32,000 nt of DNA from Candidatus Saccharimonadota bacterium (GTDB lineage: Archaea; Nanohalarchaeota; Nanosalinia; Nanosalinales; Nanosalinaceae), in NCBI GenBank assembly GCA_001761425.1, contig CP012986.1:510001-542000 (forward strand). Direction: 5' to 3'. Of the stretch, positions 16,709 to 25,191 are shown one piece after another (position 1 is the first letter of the stretch; each line of letters begins with the position of its first letter). Made by a program: the position numbers and the translations under genes. The notes under the pieces were generated by a model. That model was not told the origin of the DNA. It was given only the letters and a program-made list of their open reading frames with translations, and ran no database searches.

Positions 16709-18388
16709 ATGCTGGAGCCAGTGATCCAACAACTCAGTAATTTCTTCCTGAATCCTCTAGGTCTCGCAGCACTTCTAGGCCTTGTACCACTTGTGATTTT
16801 CTACCTGGTAAGGCCTTCACCTGAGGAAAAAGTCATGCCTTCCATGAAGTTCTTCCAGAAAGATAAAAAGAGCGGAAGACTCCAGAAAGCTTTGAAAGTC
16901 CTTCAGCGAAACATGATGCTTCTTCTACATGTACTTATGGTAGCAGGACTTGCAGCAGGGATTGCAAACCCGTACATCATGGGTGAACAGAGACCTGAAA
17001 ATGCTGTAATCGTTATAGATAACTCTGCAAGCATGAAACCGGTTTTTGACCAGGTTAAACAGGAAGCGACCTCTCAGGCAGGACGAAGTAACACTGTAAT
17101 AGTTGCGAACGATGAGACAGAGATCGCGTTAGAGAAAGCATCACTTTCCGAAACTCAAAGATTTATTAGAGGCCTTGAAGTCGAAGAAACCGGGACAAAC
17201 ATCGTAAGAGCTGTGCAGAGAGCTGGGAACTACGAAGGGAAAGTCTTTCTGGCCACAGACTTTCAGCAGACAGCGGAGACAGATACTGATATCAAAGATC
17301 TAGTGAAAACAGTTTCTACTTCAAGGCCTCTTCAGACTTTTGACCCGACCAAAAGCAATGAATGGGGTATTGTAGATCTCGAGATCGATGGGGAAAATGC
17401 TACAGCGTTCATACAGAATTTCAGGGATCAGAGGGCAAGTATCAATGTTGAAGTTGGAGATGGCTCACGCAGTCTGGATCTGAAAGCTGGAGAACTGAGA
17501 AGACTATCCTTTACGCTTCAAAAAGGTAAAAATACTTTATCCCTAGAAGAAGACGGTTTTGAAATCGATAACACAGCACGTATTTACAGGCCTTCAGATG
17601 ATGATACCAGAGTAGCTGTCGTTGATAATGAAAAAAACAGATATCTGATGAAGGCCTTAGATCTTGTAGAAAATGTAGATCCTGTCTATGTGAGGCCTTC
17701 AGAGTCTCTTCCCCGGTCTGATGTCTATATACTGGGAAGAATGGACTCTCTACAGGAAGTAGATACACAGAAGATGGTCTCAGAACTTAAACAGGGTAAA
17801 GGCCTTGTACTTTATGCTCAGAGCGGTGCAGAGGATATATCCTCAGAATTACCTGTCAGCTCTACTGGAGAGGCCTTTAATTCTTCCGTAGAGGTCTCAG
17901 AGCCTGTCGAAATCGAGACAGGTAATATCAGTTTACTGGAATCGGCAGTTGATGGAGAATCAGTTTCAACTCCGAAGGAGGCTCTACAGTTTGCCGATGT
18001 AGGTGACGGAGAGTTTGTTTACTTCAACTTTGGGTCTCAGGAGTTCAGGGAGAGCCTGGACTACCCGGTATTCTGGAAACAAGTTGTAGAGAGAGCAGCT
18101 GGAAGGCCTTCAGCACAGGATCTGAATCTGGAAACAGGTTCCACAGTACTGGCGGAGGAAAAGACTATTGAGATAACGGAAACAGGGTTCCAGGAACTTG
18201 ATGGAAAGATGTACGCTTCAAATCTTCTGAACGGTGAAGAATCAAGGTTTGAAAGCTTTGAGATAGAGCATAGCTCAGCTGAGGCGGTTAAACAGCCTCA
18301 GAGCTTTCAGGCCTTACCTGTGCTACTGATAATTGTTCTTGGACTGTTTGAGATGGCTTATCTCTACAGGAGAGGTGAGATACCTTGA
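16709..18388 (+). CDS. BatA_N-type double-TM plus von Willebrand factor A domain membrane protein
   Basis: N-terminus FFLNPLGLAALLGLVPLVIFYLVRP...MPSMKFF (aerotolerance BatA N-terminal pattern). MIDAS VIVIDNSAS ... TGT ... LATD. C-terminal TM LPVLLIIVLGLFEMAYLY. Confidence 0.65.
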   Translation: MLEPVIQQLSNFFLNPLGLAALLGLVPLVIFYLVRPSPEEKVMPSMKFFQKDKKSGRLQKALKVLQRNMMLLLHVLMVAGLAAGIANPYIMGEQRPENAVIVIDNSASMKPVFDQVKQEATSQAGRSNTVIVANDETEIALEKASLSETQRFIRGLEVEETGTNIVRAVQRAGNYEGKVFLATDFQQTAETDTDIKDLVKTVSTSRPLQTFDPTKSNEWGIVDLEIDGENATAFIQNFRDQRASINVEVGDGSRSLDLKAGELRRLSFTLQKGKNTLSLEEDGFEIDNTARIYRPSDDDTRVAVVDNEKNRYLMKALDLVENVDPVYVRPSESLPRSDVYILGRMDSLQEVDTQKMVSELKQGKGLVLYAQSGAEDISSELPVSSTGEAFNSSVEVSEPVEIETGNISLLESAVDGESVSTPKEALQFADVGDGEFVYFNFGSQEFRESLDYPVFWKQVVERAAGRPSAQDLNLETGSTVLAEEKTIEITETGFQELDGKMYASNLLNGEESRFESFEIEHSSAEAVKQPQSFQALPVLLIIVLGLFEMAYLYRRGEIP

Positions 18389-20718
18389 AAGAGGTGTTTT
18401 ACTTCCAGGAGCCTGTGGCGCTTCTGGCAGGTCTGGTAGCTTTCTCAGGAGTTTATATTTTCCTGAAGGCCTCTGGAAGAGAGGGCAGGATCGTCGGTTT
18501 CACAAGGACTCTGTTTTTCCTGTTACTGGCTATCTCTCTGGCAGGGCCTTTTCTTCAGGATTCAAGGATGGTCGAGGATCAGCAGGATCTTTTCGTACTG
18601 GAGGATAGCTCCCGATCCTCTGAGCTGCTGGAAAACACTTCTCTGGATGCAGAAAACGTGGATATCCGGCGTAAAACTGTACTTACCGGTAATAACTCCA
18701 AGTTGGCTTCTGCTCTCAAATCGGAGCTAAGGCCTGATTCCACCTATCTGTTGATGAGCGATGGCAGGAGTTCTGAGGATCTCGAAAACGTTCTCAGGAA
18801 ATACAGAGATGAGAACTCGACGATTTCAGTCCTTAAACCGGAGATGGAAACAGAAAGATCTGTACATGTCTCAGGGCCTTCCACCACTGTTCCTGGAGCT
18901 GCTACAAAGTTCACAGTGGACATAGATTCTACAGAACAGGATGAGGTCCCGGTGAAAGTTACTCTGGATAATAAAACTGTTCTGGACAGTTCTGTAAGTG
19001 GTTCATGGAGTTTTAACAGGTCCTTCAGCTCTGAAGGGGTTCACAGGATCAGTGCAGAGATAGAGAGCGACGACAGGTTCTCAGGAAACAACAGGTACTA
19101 CAAGACTGTCAAAGTTGAGGAGAAACCGGAGATACTCTACATCGGAGCTGAATCCGAACTCAGCGATAAACTCTCACAGTTCTACAGAGTCACAGTCCTT
19201 CAAGAAATCCCCGATGATCTCTCCGACTACTATACTACTGTATCAACCAGAAAACTCGATGAAGAAAGAATACAGGATTATATAACGAAGGGAAACGGCT
19301 ATCTCTACCTTGGAGATTACAGCGAACCCGCGAGACATTTACCGCTGAAGGCCTCGAACGAGAACTATAACGATGAAAGCACCAGGATGGTCATGCCGAT
19401 ACAGGTGCCTTTCAAATCCACTAACGTTACGTACACCAAAAATACTGCGGGAAGTATCGTGAAGGCCTTGCCGGGAAACACCAAGTTTGGAGGCATCTAC
19501 TATTCGACGACAGCGGACTACCTGACGACGGGAGGTACTGCCCTGTTCCCCCGGCAGGTAAGTCGGACTAACAAGATGGTGACGCTGGGCGGAGGCTCAG
19601 GCAACAGGGAACAGACTATTCAAAACATAAGACAGCTTGACAGGTCCACCTACAAGAGACATGACGTGGCGCTGAAGGCCTCACAGGATCTTCTGGGCGA
19701 CGAAGGCAACATCATACTTGTGACCAACGGAGATATAGTTGATACTACTACTGTCCCCAATCATGAGGGAAAGACTGCGGAGGAGATCAGGGCAGCAGCC
19801 CTGGACCAGGCTAGAGGCCTTGACTCGGATATCGATCTTTACGCGGTCAGGACAGGGCCTCTACCTGAAGAAGCAGAGGATATTGAGGACATTGACAGAA
19901 GTGAAGTGATCGAGAACAGGGATTTCATGCAGAGCCTGGCAGACGCAGCACCGAGTGCCAGGAGCAACTACTACAACATAGATGAACTTAACCAGCTCTC
20001 AAGACTCGAACTGGGAGCAGGAGGAGGGACCTCAGCCTTCAAACCGATCGGCGTTATAGACGAAGACCACTTTATCACCGAAGGAGTCAGACTCAGGACG
20101 GAAATCTCAGAGTTCAACGAGGTAAGGCCTAAACCTTCTTCCGATGTCCTCGTCTCAGGACCACAGAAGAGAGAGTTCCTCACAGCCTGGAACTACGGTC
20201 TAGGAAGAGTAGCAGCATTCTCCGGAGACCAAGGAGCGCTGGAAAGAACACTTGACGCTGATCCAGGCCTTGTCTCCCGAACAGCAAGCTGGACGATAGG
20301 AAATACTGACAGAAAAGAGGAAAGATGGCTGAAAATCTCTGAAACTGAAGCACCGACAGAAGCAGAGGTCACAGCATCCTATCAGGTACAGGGCCTTACA
20401 TACAGATCTGAAAACCGGTACACGGGAAGCATCAAACCTGAGAGCAAAGGATTTCACAGCTTTGCCGGAGAAAACTACAGCTACAACTACAACTCTGAAA
20501 TAAGAGAAATAGGGTACAGAGACGAGGCCTTGAGAAAGATAGCATCGGAGACAGGTGGAGAGGTCTATACTACTTCCGAGCTTGAAAGCACAGAGTTCGG
20601 AGGCTCACAGATGAAGGAGGTTAGTTACAGCAGGCCTCTATCCGGTTACTTCCTTGTCGCTGCGATGTTTGTCTTGCTTTCGGAGATCGGTTACAGAAAG
20701 TTAAACGGGAAGAAATAA
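18385..20718 (+). CDS. BatA_N-like membrane-anchored surface protein with vWA-like, CARDB/Ig-like and GATase1-like regions
   Basis: TTG start overlapping the upstream stop (TTGA), with GAGGTGA SD at 18372-18378, 6 nt upstream. LEDSSRS MIDAS-like motif. CARDB-like stretch TKFTVDID...VHRISAEIESDDRFSGNNRYYKTVKV. WNYGLGRVAAFSGD motif. C-terminal TM. Confidence 0.6.
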   Translation: MKEVFYFQEPVALLAGLVAFSGVYIFLKASGREGRIVGFTRTLFFLLLAISLAGPFLQDSRMVEDQQDLFVLEDSSRSSELLENTSLDAENVDIRRKTVLTGNNSKLASALKSELRPDSTYLLMSDGRSSEDLENVLRKYRDENSTISVLKPEMETERSVHVSGPSTTVPGAATKFTVDIDSTEQDEVPVKVTLDNKTVLDSSVSGSWSFNRSFSSEGVHRISAEIESDDRFSGNNRYYKTVKVEEKPEILYIGAESELSDKLSQFYRVTVLQEIPDDLSDYYTTVSTRKLDEERIQDYITKGNGYLYLGDYSEPARHLPLKASNENYNDESTRMVMPIQVPFKSTNVTYTKNTAGSIVKALPGNTKFGGIYYSTTADYLTTGGTALFPRQVSRTNKMVTLGGGSGNREQTIQNIRQLDRSTYKRHDVALKASQDLLGDEGNIILVTNGDIVDTTTVPNHEGKTAEEIRAAALDQARGLDSDIDLYAVRTGPLPEEAEDIEDIDRSEVIENRDFMQSLADAAPSARSNYYNIDELNQLSRLELGAGGGTSAFKPIGVIDEDHFITEGVRLRTEISEFNEVRPKPSSDVLVSGPQKREFLTAWNYGLGRVAAFSGDQGALERTLDADPGLVSRTASWTIGNTDRKEERWLKISETEAPTEAEVTASYQVQGLTYRSENRYTGSIKPESKGFHSFAGENYSYNYNSEIREIGYRDEALRKIASETGGEVYTTSELESTEFGGSQMKEVSYSRPLSGYFLVAAMFVLLSEIGYRKLNGKK

Positions 20719-20736
20719 TTCTTCCTGGAGAAAAGC

Positions 20737-20744
20737 TTTATTTA
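20737..20744 (+). promoter_or_regulatory. TATA-like box for the low-complexity protein gene (leaderless)
   Basis: TTTATTTA centred about 26-27 nt upstream of the ATG at 20767, preceded by a purine-rich AAAAGC (BRE-like). Confidence 0.35.
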
Positions 20745-20766
20745 CAGGCCTTCTAATCTTTTGGTT

Positions 20767-21510
20767 ATGGGAGCTTTCGATAAAATAAAGGATTCTATAC
20801 CCGGTACCGGTTCTTCTGACAGTTCCTCCTCGGATTTCGATGGAGGGGACTTCGACAGTTCATTTGATGACGGAGGCGGAGGCCTTGACATGGATGATTC
20901 TGGAGGTTCTGTCAACACAGGTGGAGGAGGGGGACCGTCGCTCGGAGGTTCTCAAGGCCCTCAAAGCAATCCAGGCTCTCAGGGAGGTCCTGGAGTTTCT
21001 TCGGGATCGAATGATTCTCTTCCAGGGAAGCCCACAGAAGGACAATCCCAGGGAAACGGTCCTGGCTCAGCCCCTGCCGGAAATGGCAATAGTTTAGGAG
21101 GAAACTCTCCCGGTCAAGGCGGAAATCCGCCGGGTCAAGGGGCTTCAGGTAATTCTGGAGGTCTCGGCGGCGGTTCTGGAGGCCCTTCTGGTGGTCCTGG
21201 TCTTTCAGATAATCAGAATCCTTCTCAGGGTGATGCAGGTCCTCAGGCTTCTCGGGGAAGCCCTAATCCTCAGTCTGGGAGGCCTTCTGGTAGCGGTCAG
21301 CCTCAGTTGAGTTCCTCTACGAAGGAGAAGATGAGGAAGGCTGGTATGAATCCTGACTCTCCTCCTGGGGGATCGGGTCCTTCCGGCGGTGGAAGGCCTG
21401 GTTCTGGAGGTAGGCAGAGTGTTGCTGCTTCACGTGATGATATGGAGGAGTTGAAATCTCAGAATGAAAAGATTATAGAGCTTCTGAAGCGTCTGAATCA
21501 GAAGATGTAG
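20767..21510 (+). CDS. Low-complexity Gly/Ser/Pro/Asn/Gln-rich, probably disordered protein with short structured termini
   Basis: ATG at 20767 (MGAFDKIKDSIPG) lies about 26 nt downstream of a TTTATTTA TATA-like box. About 200 aa of G/S/P/N/Q repeats. C-terminal helix DMEELKSQNEKIIELLKRLNQKM. Confidence 0.5.
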   Translation: MGAFDKIKDSIPGTGSSDSSSSDFDGGDFDSSFDDGGGGLDMDDSGGSVNTGGGGGPSLGGSQGPQSNPGSQGGPGVSSGSNDSLPGKPTEGQSQGNGPGSAPAGNGNSLGGNSPGQGGNPPGQGASGNSGGLGGGSGGPSGGPGLSDNQNPSQGDAGPQASRGSPNPQSGRPSGSGQPQLSSSTKEKMRKAGMNPDSPPGGSGPSGGGRPGSGGRQSVAASRDDMEELKSQNEKIIELLKRLNQKM

Positions 21511-21515
21511 TTTTC

Positions 21516-21836
21516 TCAGGTATTTATCAGGAAAAACATGGTCCATACTCCTTTCAGGAACAGGAATCCTGAGATATAGACTTTGTAGTCTACGAAAAGC
21601 GGTGGAGTTCCCAGGAAAAGTATGGCTGCGGATAAGATGTCTGCTGCCCCGCCCAGTACAAATATAGGCATCCCTCCCATAGGGATAGGCCTTACAATGG
21701 TTGCTATGCCTTTGAATATGAGGAACCATGCGTGGAGCGATGCGATGCTTTCTGATATAGGCGAGACTGTGAAAAGAAGTAAAAGGCCTGAAAGCAGGTC
21801 CAGGGCGCCCATTGGGTCGAAGCGGATCGGAAGCAT
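21516..21836 (-). CDS. Small hypothetical membrane protein (about 3 TM, 106 aa)
   Basis: Hydrophobic segments. The start is 1 nt after the NYN gene stop, suggesting co-transcription with TatD and NYN. Confidence 0.5.
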   Translation of the reverse strand: MLPIRFDPMGALDLLSGLLLLFTVSPISESIASLHAWFLIFKGIATIVRPIPMGGMPIFVLGGAADILSAAILFLGTPPLFVDYKVYISGFLFLKGVWTMFFLINT

Positions 21837-21837
21837 C

Positions 21838-22323
21838 TTATTCCAGTTTTACTACTTTGTCCGCAGCGTTTCTTAGAGCTGTGGAGAAACCTGGTTCCAT
21901 TCCCATGACCACTGTGTCTTTCCCGTGTTCCTTCGCCTTCTGTATTACAGGGAGGAAATCAGTATCTCTTGTAACAAGCACTATAACATCAATATTATCG
22001 TCCATAGTTGCCTCCATAGCGTTCACAGCCATGTAGACATCGACGTCACTTTCCTTATCTTTCTCTCCTCCAAGGCCTAGATCTGCCTCGAAACCCTGAG
22101 AGACAATTGCCTCGATAAGTTTATCAGATGCGTACTGGTTCAGAAATACTTTTCCTATCTTTATATCTCCGAACTCTGAGATCTCCTTTCGCAGATCGTC
22201 GAAATCCAGGTCGAACTGCTTCCTGACAACATTAGGCCCATCAACAAAAACAGCGATATTAGGCTCCGTACTCACTGTATCCTTGAACTTCTCAAAAACC
22301 ATTCTAGTAAACCCCTTACACAA
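21838..22323 (-). CDS. NYN-domain (LabA/DUF88-like) putative ribonuclease
   Basis: IAVFVDGPNV ... VDVYMAVNAM ... IDVIVLVTRDTDFLPVIQKAKEHGK pattern of archaeal NYN-domain proteins. Confidence 0.8.
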   Translation of the reverse strand: MCKGFTRMVFEKFKDTVSTEPNIAVFVDGPNVVRKQFDLDFDDLRKEISEFGDIKIGKVFLNQYASDKLIEAIVSQGFEADLGLGGEKDKESDVDVYMAVNAMEATMDDNIDVIVLVTRDTDFLPVIQKAKEHGKDTVVMGMEPGFSTALRNAADKVVKLE

Positions 22324-22374
22324 AGAATAAACCCAGGTCTTTATGCAACTAACCCTCCAGAACCATCGGAAACC

Positions 22375-23121
22375 TCAAGGCCTTCCAAAGATCGAAACAG
22401 CGTTCTCTGTTGAGGCCTCAATAACCTCGTCCTTCTCCAGATCCTTGATTTCAGCGATCTTCTCCGCGGACTCGATGACGTTCACGGGAGAATTTCTCTC
22501 ACCTCTGTAGAGAAAAGGCGAATCAGTTTCCAGCAAAATATCTTCCACGCTGACAGCCTCGACTATCTCCTGAACCCTGTTCGAATACAGAACCTGTGTC
22601 GTGATACCTACTGTCATCTCTTCCCGTACAGCCTTTTCAGCTAGCTCCGGCTTGCCGTTGAAACAGTGAAGCATCACATCAGGAAGACTGTACTCCTTCA
22701 AAATACTGAAGGCCTTTCTCTCGGCGTCTCTGCTGTGTACAACGACAGGAAGATCAAGTTCCTCAGCTATTTCAAGCATCTCCCGGAAAACTTCTTCCTG
22801 TCTCTTCCTCATCTTATTTTCGGAGACGTGATGGTGATCAAGGCCTATCTCGCCTACAGCAGGAGGCATTTCACTCTTTATCTGTTCCTTGATATCATTC
22901 AACTGGTCGAAGCTTTCGGTATACGTTGGATGAAGGCCTAGATTCGGCACTACGAAATCCTGGTGTTTTCTGCTTAGTTCCAGGACTTCCTCATTATTTT
23001 CCAGGTTGGATCCTGCATCAATTATGAACTCCAGTCTATCCTTTGCCTCCTTAATTACTTCTTCTCTGTCATCGCTGTAATGTTCGAAGTCAATATGGCA
23101 GTGAGCGTCTACAGGCCTCAT
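22375..23121 (-). CDS. tatD: TatD-family metal-dependent hydrolase/DNase
   Basis: VDAHCHIDF, GEIGLDHH, VVVHSRDAE, MLHCFNG, LLETDSPF motifs. Confidence 0.9.
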   Translation of the reverse strand: MRPVDAHCHIDFEHYSDDREEVIKEAKDRLEFIIDAGSNLENNEEVLELSRKHQDFVVPNLGLHPTYTESFDQLNDIKEQIKSEMPPAVGEIGLDHHHVSENKMRKRQEEVFREMLEIAEELDLPVVVHSRDAERKAFSILKEYSLPDVMLHCFNGKPELAEKAVREEMTVGITTQVLYSNRVQEIVEAVSVEDILLETDSPFLYRGERNSPVNVIESAEKIAEIKDLEKDEVIEASTENAVSIFGRP

Positions 23122-23250
23122 AAAACATGTTTAGAGGCCTACGGTTAAAAACTGTGCACTCGGAGGTAGCGATGTTCTGCGTCACATATTTCCTTAAATA
23201 CTTGATAGATCAAAACTTTTCCCGGGGATTGAATGTGAGGGGGATTTGGT

Positions 23251-23367
23251 ATGCCAGACCTTGTTAGACAGGTAGGTTTCTGCCTGGTCTGTGGAGGCAG
23301 CGTCCACTCGAATGAAAATTTTCTCAGCATAGAAGAAGGATGCTGTCATAGTGACTGTCTCAACTGA
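23251..23367 (+). CDS. Candidate 38-aa zinc-ribbon-like small protein (below the ORF-track cutoff)
   Basis: MPDLVRQVGFCLVCGGSVHSNENFLSIEEGCCHSDCLN: CxxC plus CCxxxC. GAGGGGGA SD-like element 6-7 nt upstream of the ATG. Two T6 tracts follow on the same strand (23395-23400, 23408-23413). Sits in the largest otherwise empty gap of the window. Confidence 0.3.
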   Translation: MPDLVRQVGFCLVCGGSVHSNENFLSIEEGCCHSDCLN

Positions 23368-23394
23368 AATGAGTTAAAGAGAAACCCGAAGGCC

Positions 23395-23413
23395 TTTTTT
23401 CTCCAGATTTTTT
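23395..23413 (+). terminator. Two T6 tracts downstream of the candidate small zinc-ribbon ORF
   Basis: TTTTTT at 23395-23400 and 23408-23413 on the plus strand, just after an AAGGCCTT palindrome. Confidence 0.3.
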
Positions 23414-24554
23414 AGAAAGTTGAGTGCTCTCCGTTGATTATTTCCTGGGTAAGCTCCGTAATACTGGAGAACTGTTTTTCTACAGCTTTTTCGACAGTCT
23501 GTTCAGAAGCTCCTGTTTTGACTCCTACTCTTTGAGGTGTGTCAATTTTCTGGCCGATCTCAGAGATGATCTTTACCTGTGCAAACTCTCCGCTTCTTTC
23601 ATAGATATCCACAGCGATCTCCTGGGCCAGAAGGTTGTAAATCTTGCCGACATGAGTCACAGGGTTCTTACCTGAAGCAGCTTCAAGGCTCATAGGCCTG
23701 TTTGGCGTTATCAAGCCGTTTACACGGTTTCCTCTTCCAACAGAGCCGTCGTCTCCCATTTCTGCAGAAGTACCGGTCTCTGTTATATAGATACTGTCTT
23801 CCTCATAATCGTCTGCAGTGTTTACTTCGACTTCTGTACTGAGGCCCTCCTCCTGGGCTATTTCTTCAGCAGTTTCCTCTACTTTTTCCAGAGCTTCTCT
23901 GTATTCTTTCTTGGAGCTGATCCTGGAGGCTATAACTGCTGAGGCCACTGTGAGATCGATTTTCTCTCCTCTTCTGATTGCCATGACCTTTACGTCTTCT
24001 CCGATCTCGCTGATATTTCTGACCTGTTTCTCTATCCGTTTTACTGTTTTCTCTGTCCTTGAGAGCGGTGCATGGCCTACACCGAAGCTTGTGTCGTTCG
24101 ATTCTGGGACTTCTCCCTCGAAGACAGTTTTCAGGTCGGTGCTGGTCTCACCTATTTTCGACTCGAACTCGATGTGATCTGTGCTTAGCTCCTTGAAATT
24201 CTGCTCAATATACTCTCTAGCAGCATTTTTAGCGACTCTGTTTACGTTGACGGTTTTGCCCTCAAACTGATTGGTTGCACGACCGGTCAGCAGAATATAG
24301 ATTTTTTCCTCCTGTTTTCCGCCACCTATCTCTGGTTTAGAACTTCCTGCTACAAGCTGGACCTCATCAGTATTGTGATGCAGTACATGACCGAACTTAT
24401 CCATATAGGCCTCGCATAGAGCCTGTGAAACGCTTTCCGCGATGCCGTCACATATGGAATCTGGGTGTCCAAGGCCTTTTCTTTCTACTATCTCTATACT
24501 GTCGTTTTTGATAGGGTCTTTTGTCTGTTCTATGTCTGTCCTGTCTTTGTTCAT
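23412..24554 (-). CDS. mat: Archaeal-type S-adenosylmethionine synthetase (methionine adenosyltransferase)
   Basis: [21 protein letters not shown]-terminal signature and ~380-400 aa archaeal MAT architecture. Start overlaps the dcd stop by 4 nt. Confidence 0.92.
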   Translation of the reverse strand: MNKDRTDIEQTKDPIKNDSIEIVERKGLGHPDSICDGIAESVSQALCEAYMDKFGHVLHHNTDEVQLVAGSSKPEIGGGKQEEKIYILLTGRATNQFEGKTVNVNRVAKNAAREYIEQNFKELSTDHIEFESKIGETSTDLKTVFEGEVPESNDTSFGVGHAPLSRTEKTVKRIEKQVRNISEIGEDVKVMAIRRGEKIDLTVASAVIASRISSKKEYREALEKVEETAEEIAQEEGLSTEVEVNTADDYEEDSIYITETGTSAEMGDDGSVGRGNRVNGLITPNRPMSLEAASGKNPVTHVGKIYNLLAQEIAVDIYERSGEFAQVKIISEIGQKIDTPQRVGVKTGASEQTVEKAVEKQFSSITELTQEIINGEHSTF

Positions 24555-25135
24555 CTTTTCTCCTCGTCAAGCCTTGAGCCAGTCGCTCCTGTCTGTCCCA
24601 TGTACTTCGAATCTGTTTTTTCGCCGTAAGGGTTCTCTGATTCACTTGTCATCGTTTCGAAGACGACCTGGCAGATTCTGTCTTCAGGATAGATGGTGAT
24701 AGGTACGTTTCCCAGGTTCTGGATCTCCAGGGTGATGTTGCCTTCGAATCCTGGATCTACGAAACCTGCTGCGGCGTGAGGGATAAGGCCTAGTCTTGCG
24801 TAAGAAGAACGGCCTTCGATTCGTGCTACAAGGTTGTTAGGAACTTTAAGAATCTCTAAAGTAGAGCCTAGTACGAATTCGCCGGGATGGACGACCATTC
24901 CCTCCTCTGGCGTCACGTTTTTGGATTCTTTGATATCGCTGTAATCGTTCATGCCTTTTGTGTCCAGGGCCTTGACTCTTCTTGTTTCCAGTACCCCGAA
25001 CTCGTATCCAAGCCTCAGATCCATGCTTGAAGGCCCTAACTGGAGGTTATAATCTATTTCCGGGCCTTCTTTTACCTTTATTGCGTTTTCCTTCTGTATT
25101 ATTTCTTTCAGGTCTTTGTCGGAGAGTATGGCCAT
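24551..25135 (-). CDS. dcd: dCTP deaminase (dUTPase-fold)
   Basis: MAILSDKDL N-terminus, LRLG, RSSYARLGL, AGFVDPGFEGNITLEIQN motifs. Confidence 0.9.
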   Translation of the reverse strand: MAILSDKDLKEIIQKENAIKVKEGPEIDYNLQLGPSSMDLRLGYEFGVLETRRVKALDTKGMNDYSDIKESKNVTPEEGMVVHPGEFVLGSTLEILKVPNNLVARIEGRSSYARLGLIPHAAAGFVDPGFEGNITLEIQNLGNVPITIYPEDRICQVVFETMTSESENPYGEKTDSKYMGQTGATGSRLDEEKR

Positions 25136-25161
25136 ATATTCTTGTTAAGTGTACGCAGTTC

Positions 25162-25168
25162 TTTTATT
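25162..25168 (+). promoter_or_regulatory. TATA-like box for the secreted metallopeptidase-like gene (leaderless)
   Basis: TTTTATT centred about 27 nt upstream of the ATG at 25192, in the divergent gap with dcd. Confidence 0.35.
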
Positions 25169-25191
25169 GATTGACGACCCATTAGACTTTA

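Noticed and set aside
20840-21097. Alternative-frame ORFs (20840-21097 plus strand, 20860-21045 minus strand) within the Gly/Ser/Pro-rich gene
   Set aside because: Low-complexity GC-rich repeats keep several frames open by chance. Only the 20767 frame has promoter spacing and structured termini.
21433-21507. C-terminal helix of the disordered protein as an ESCRT-III MIM1-like (Vps4 MIT-binding) motif
   Set aside because: Only L-x-x-R-L (LLKRL) matches. The flanking acidic and Leu-Lys positions of the MIM1 consensus are not satisfied, so this is too weak to claim.
23145-23330. 61-aa minus-strand ORF in the TatD / SAM-synthetase gap
   Set aside because: Basic and Pro-rich, with no SD or promoter-like element at sensible spacing. 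The plus-strand 38-aa Cys-rich ORF with SD and T-tracts explains the region better, though it is also unproven.
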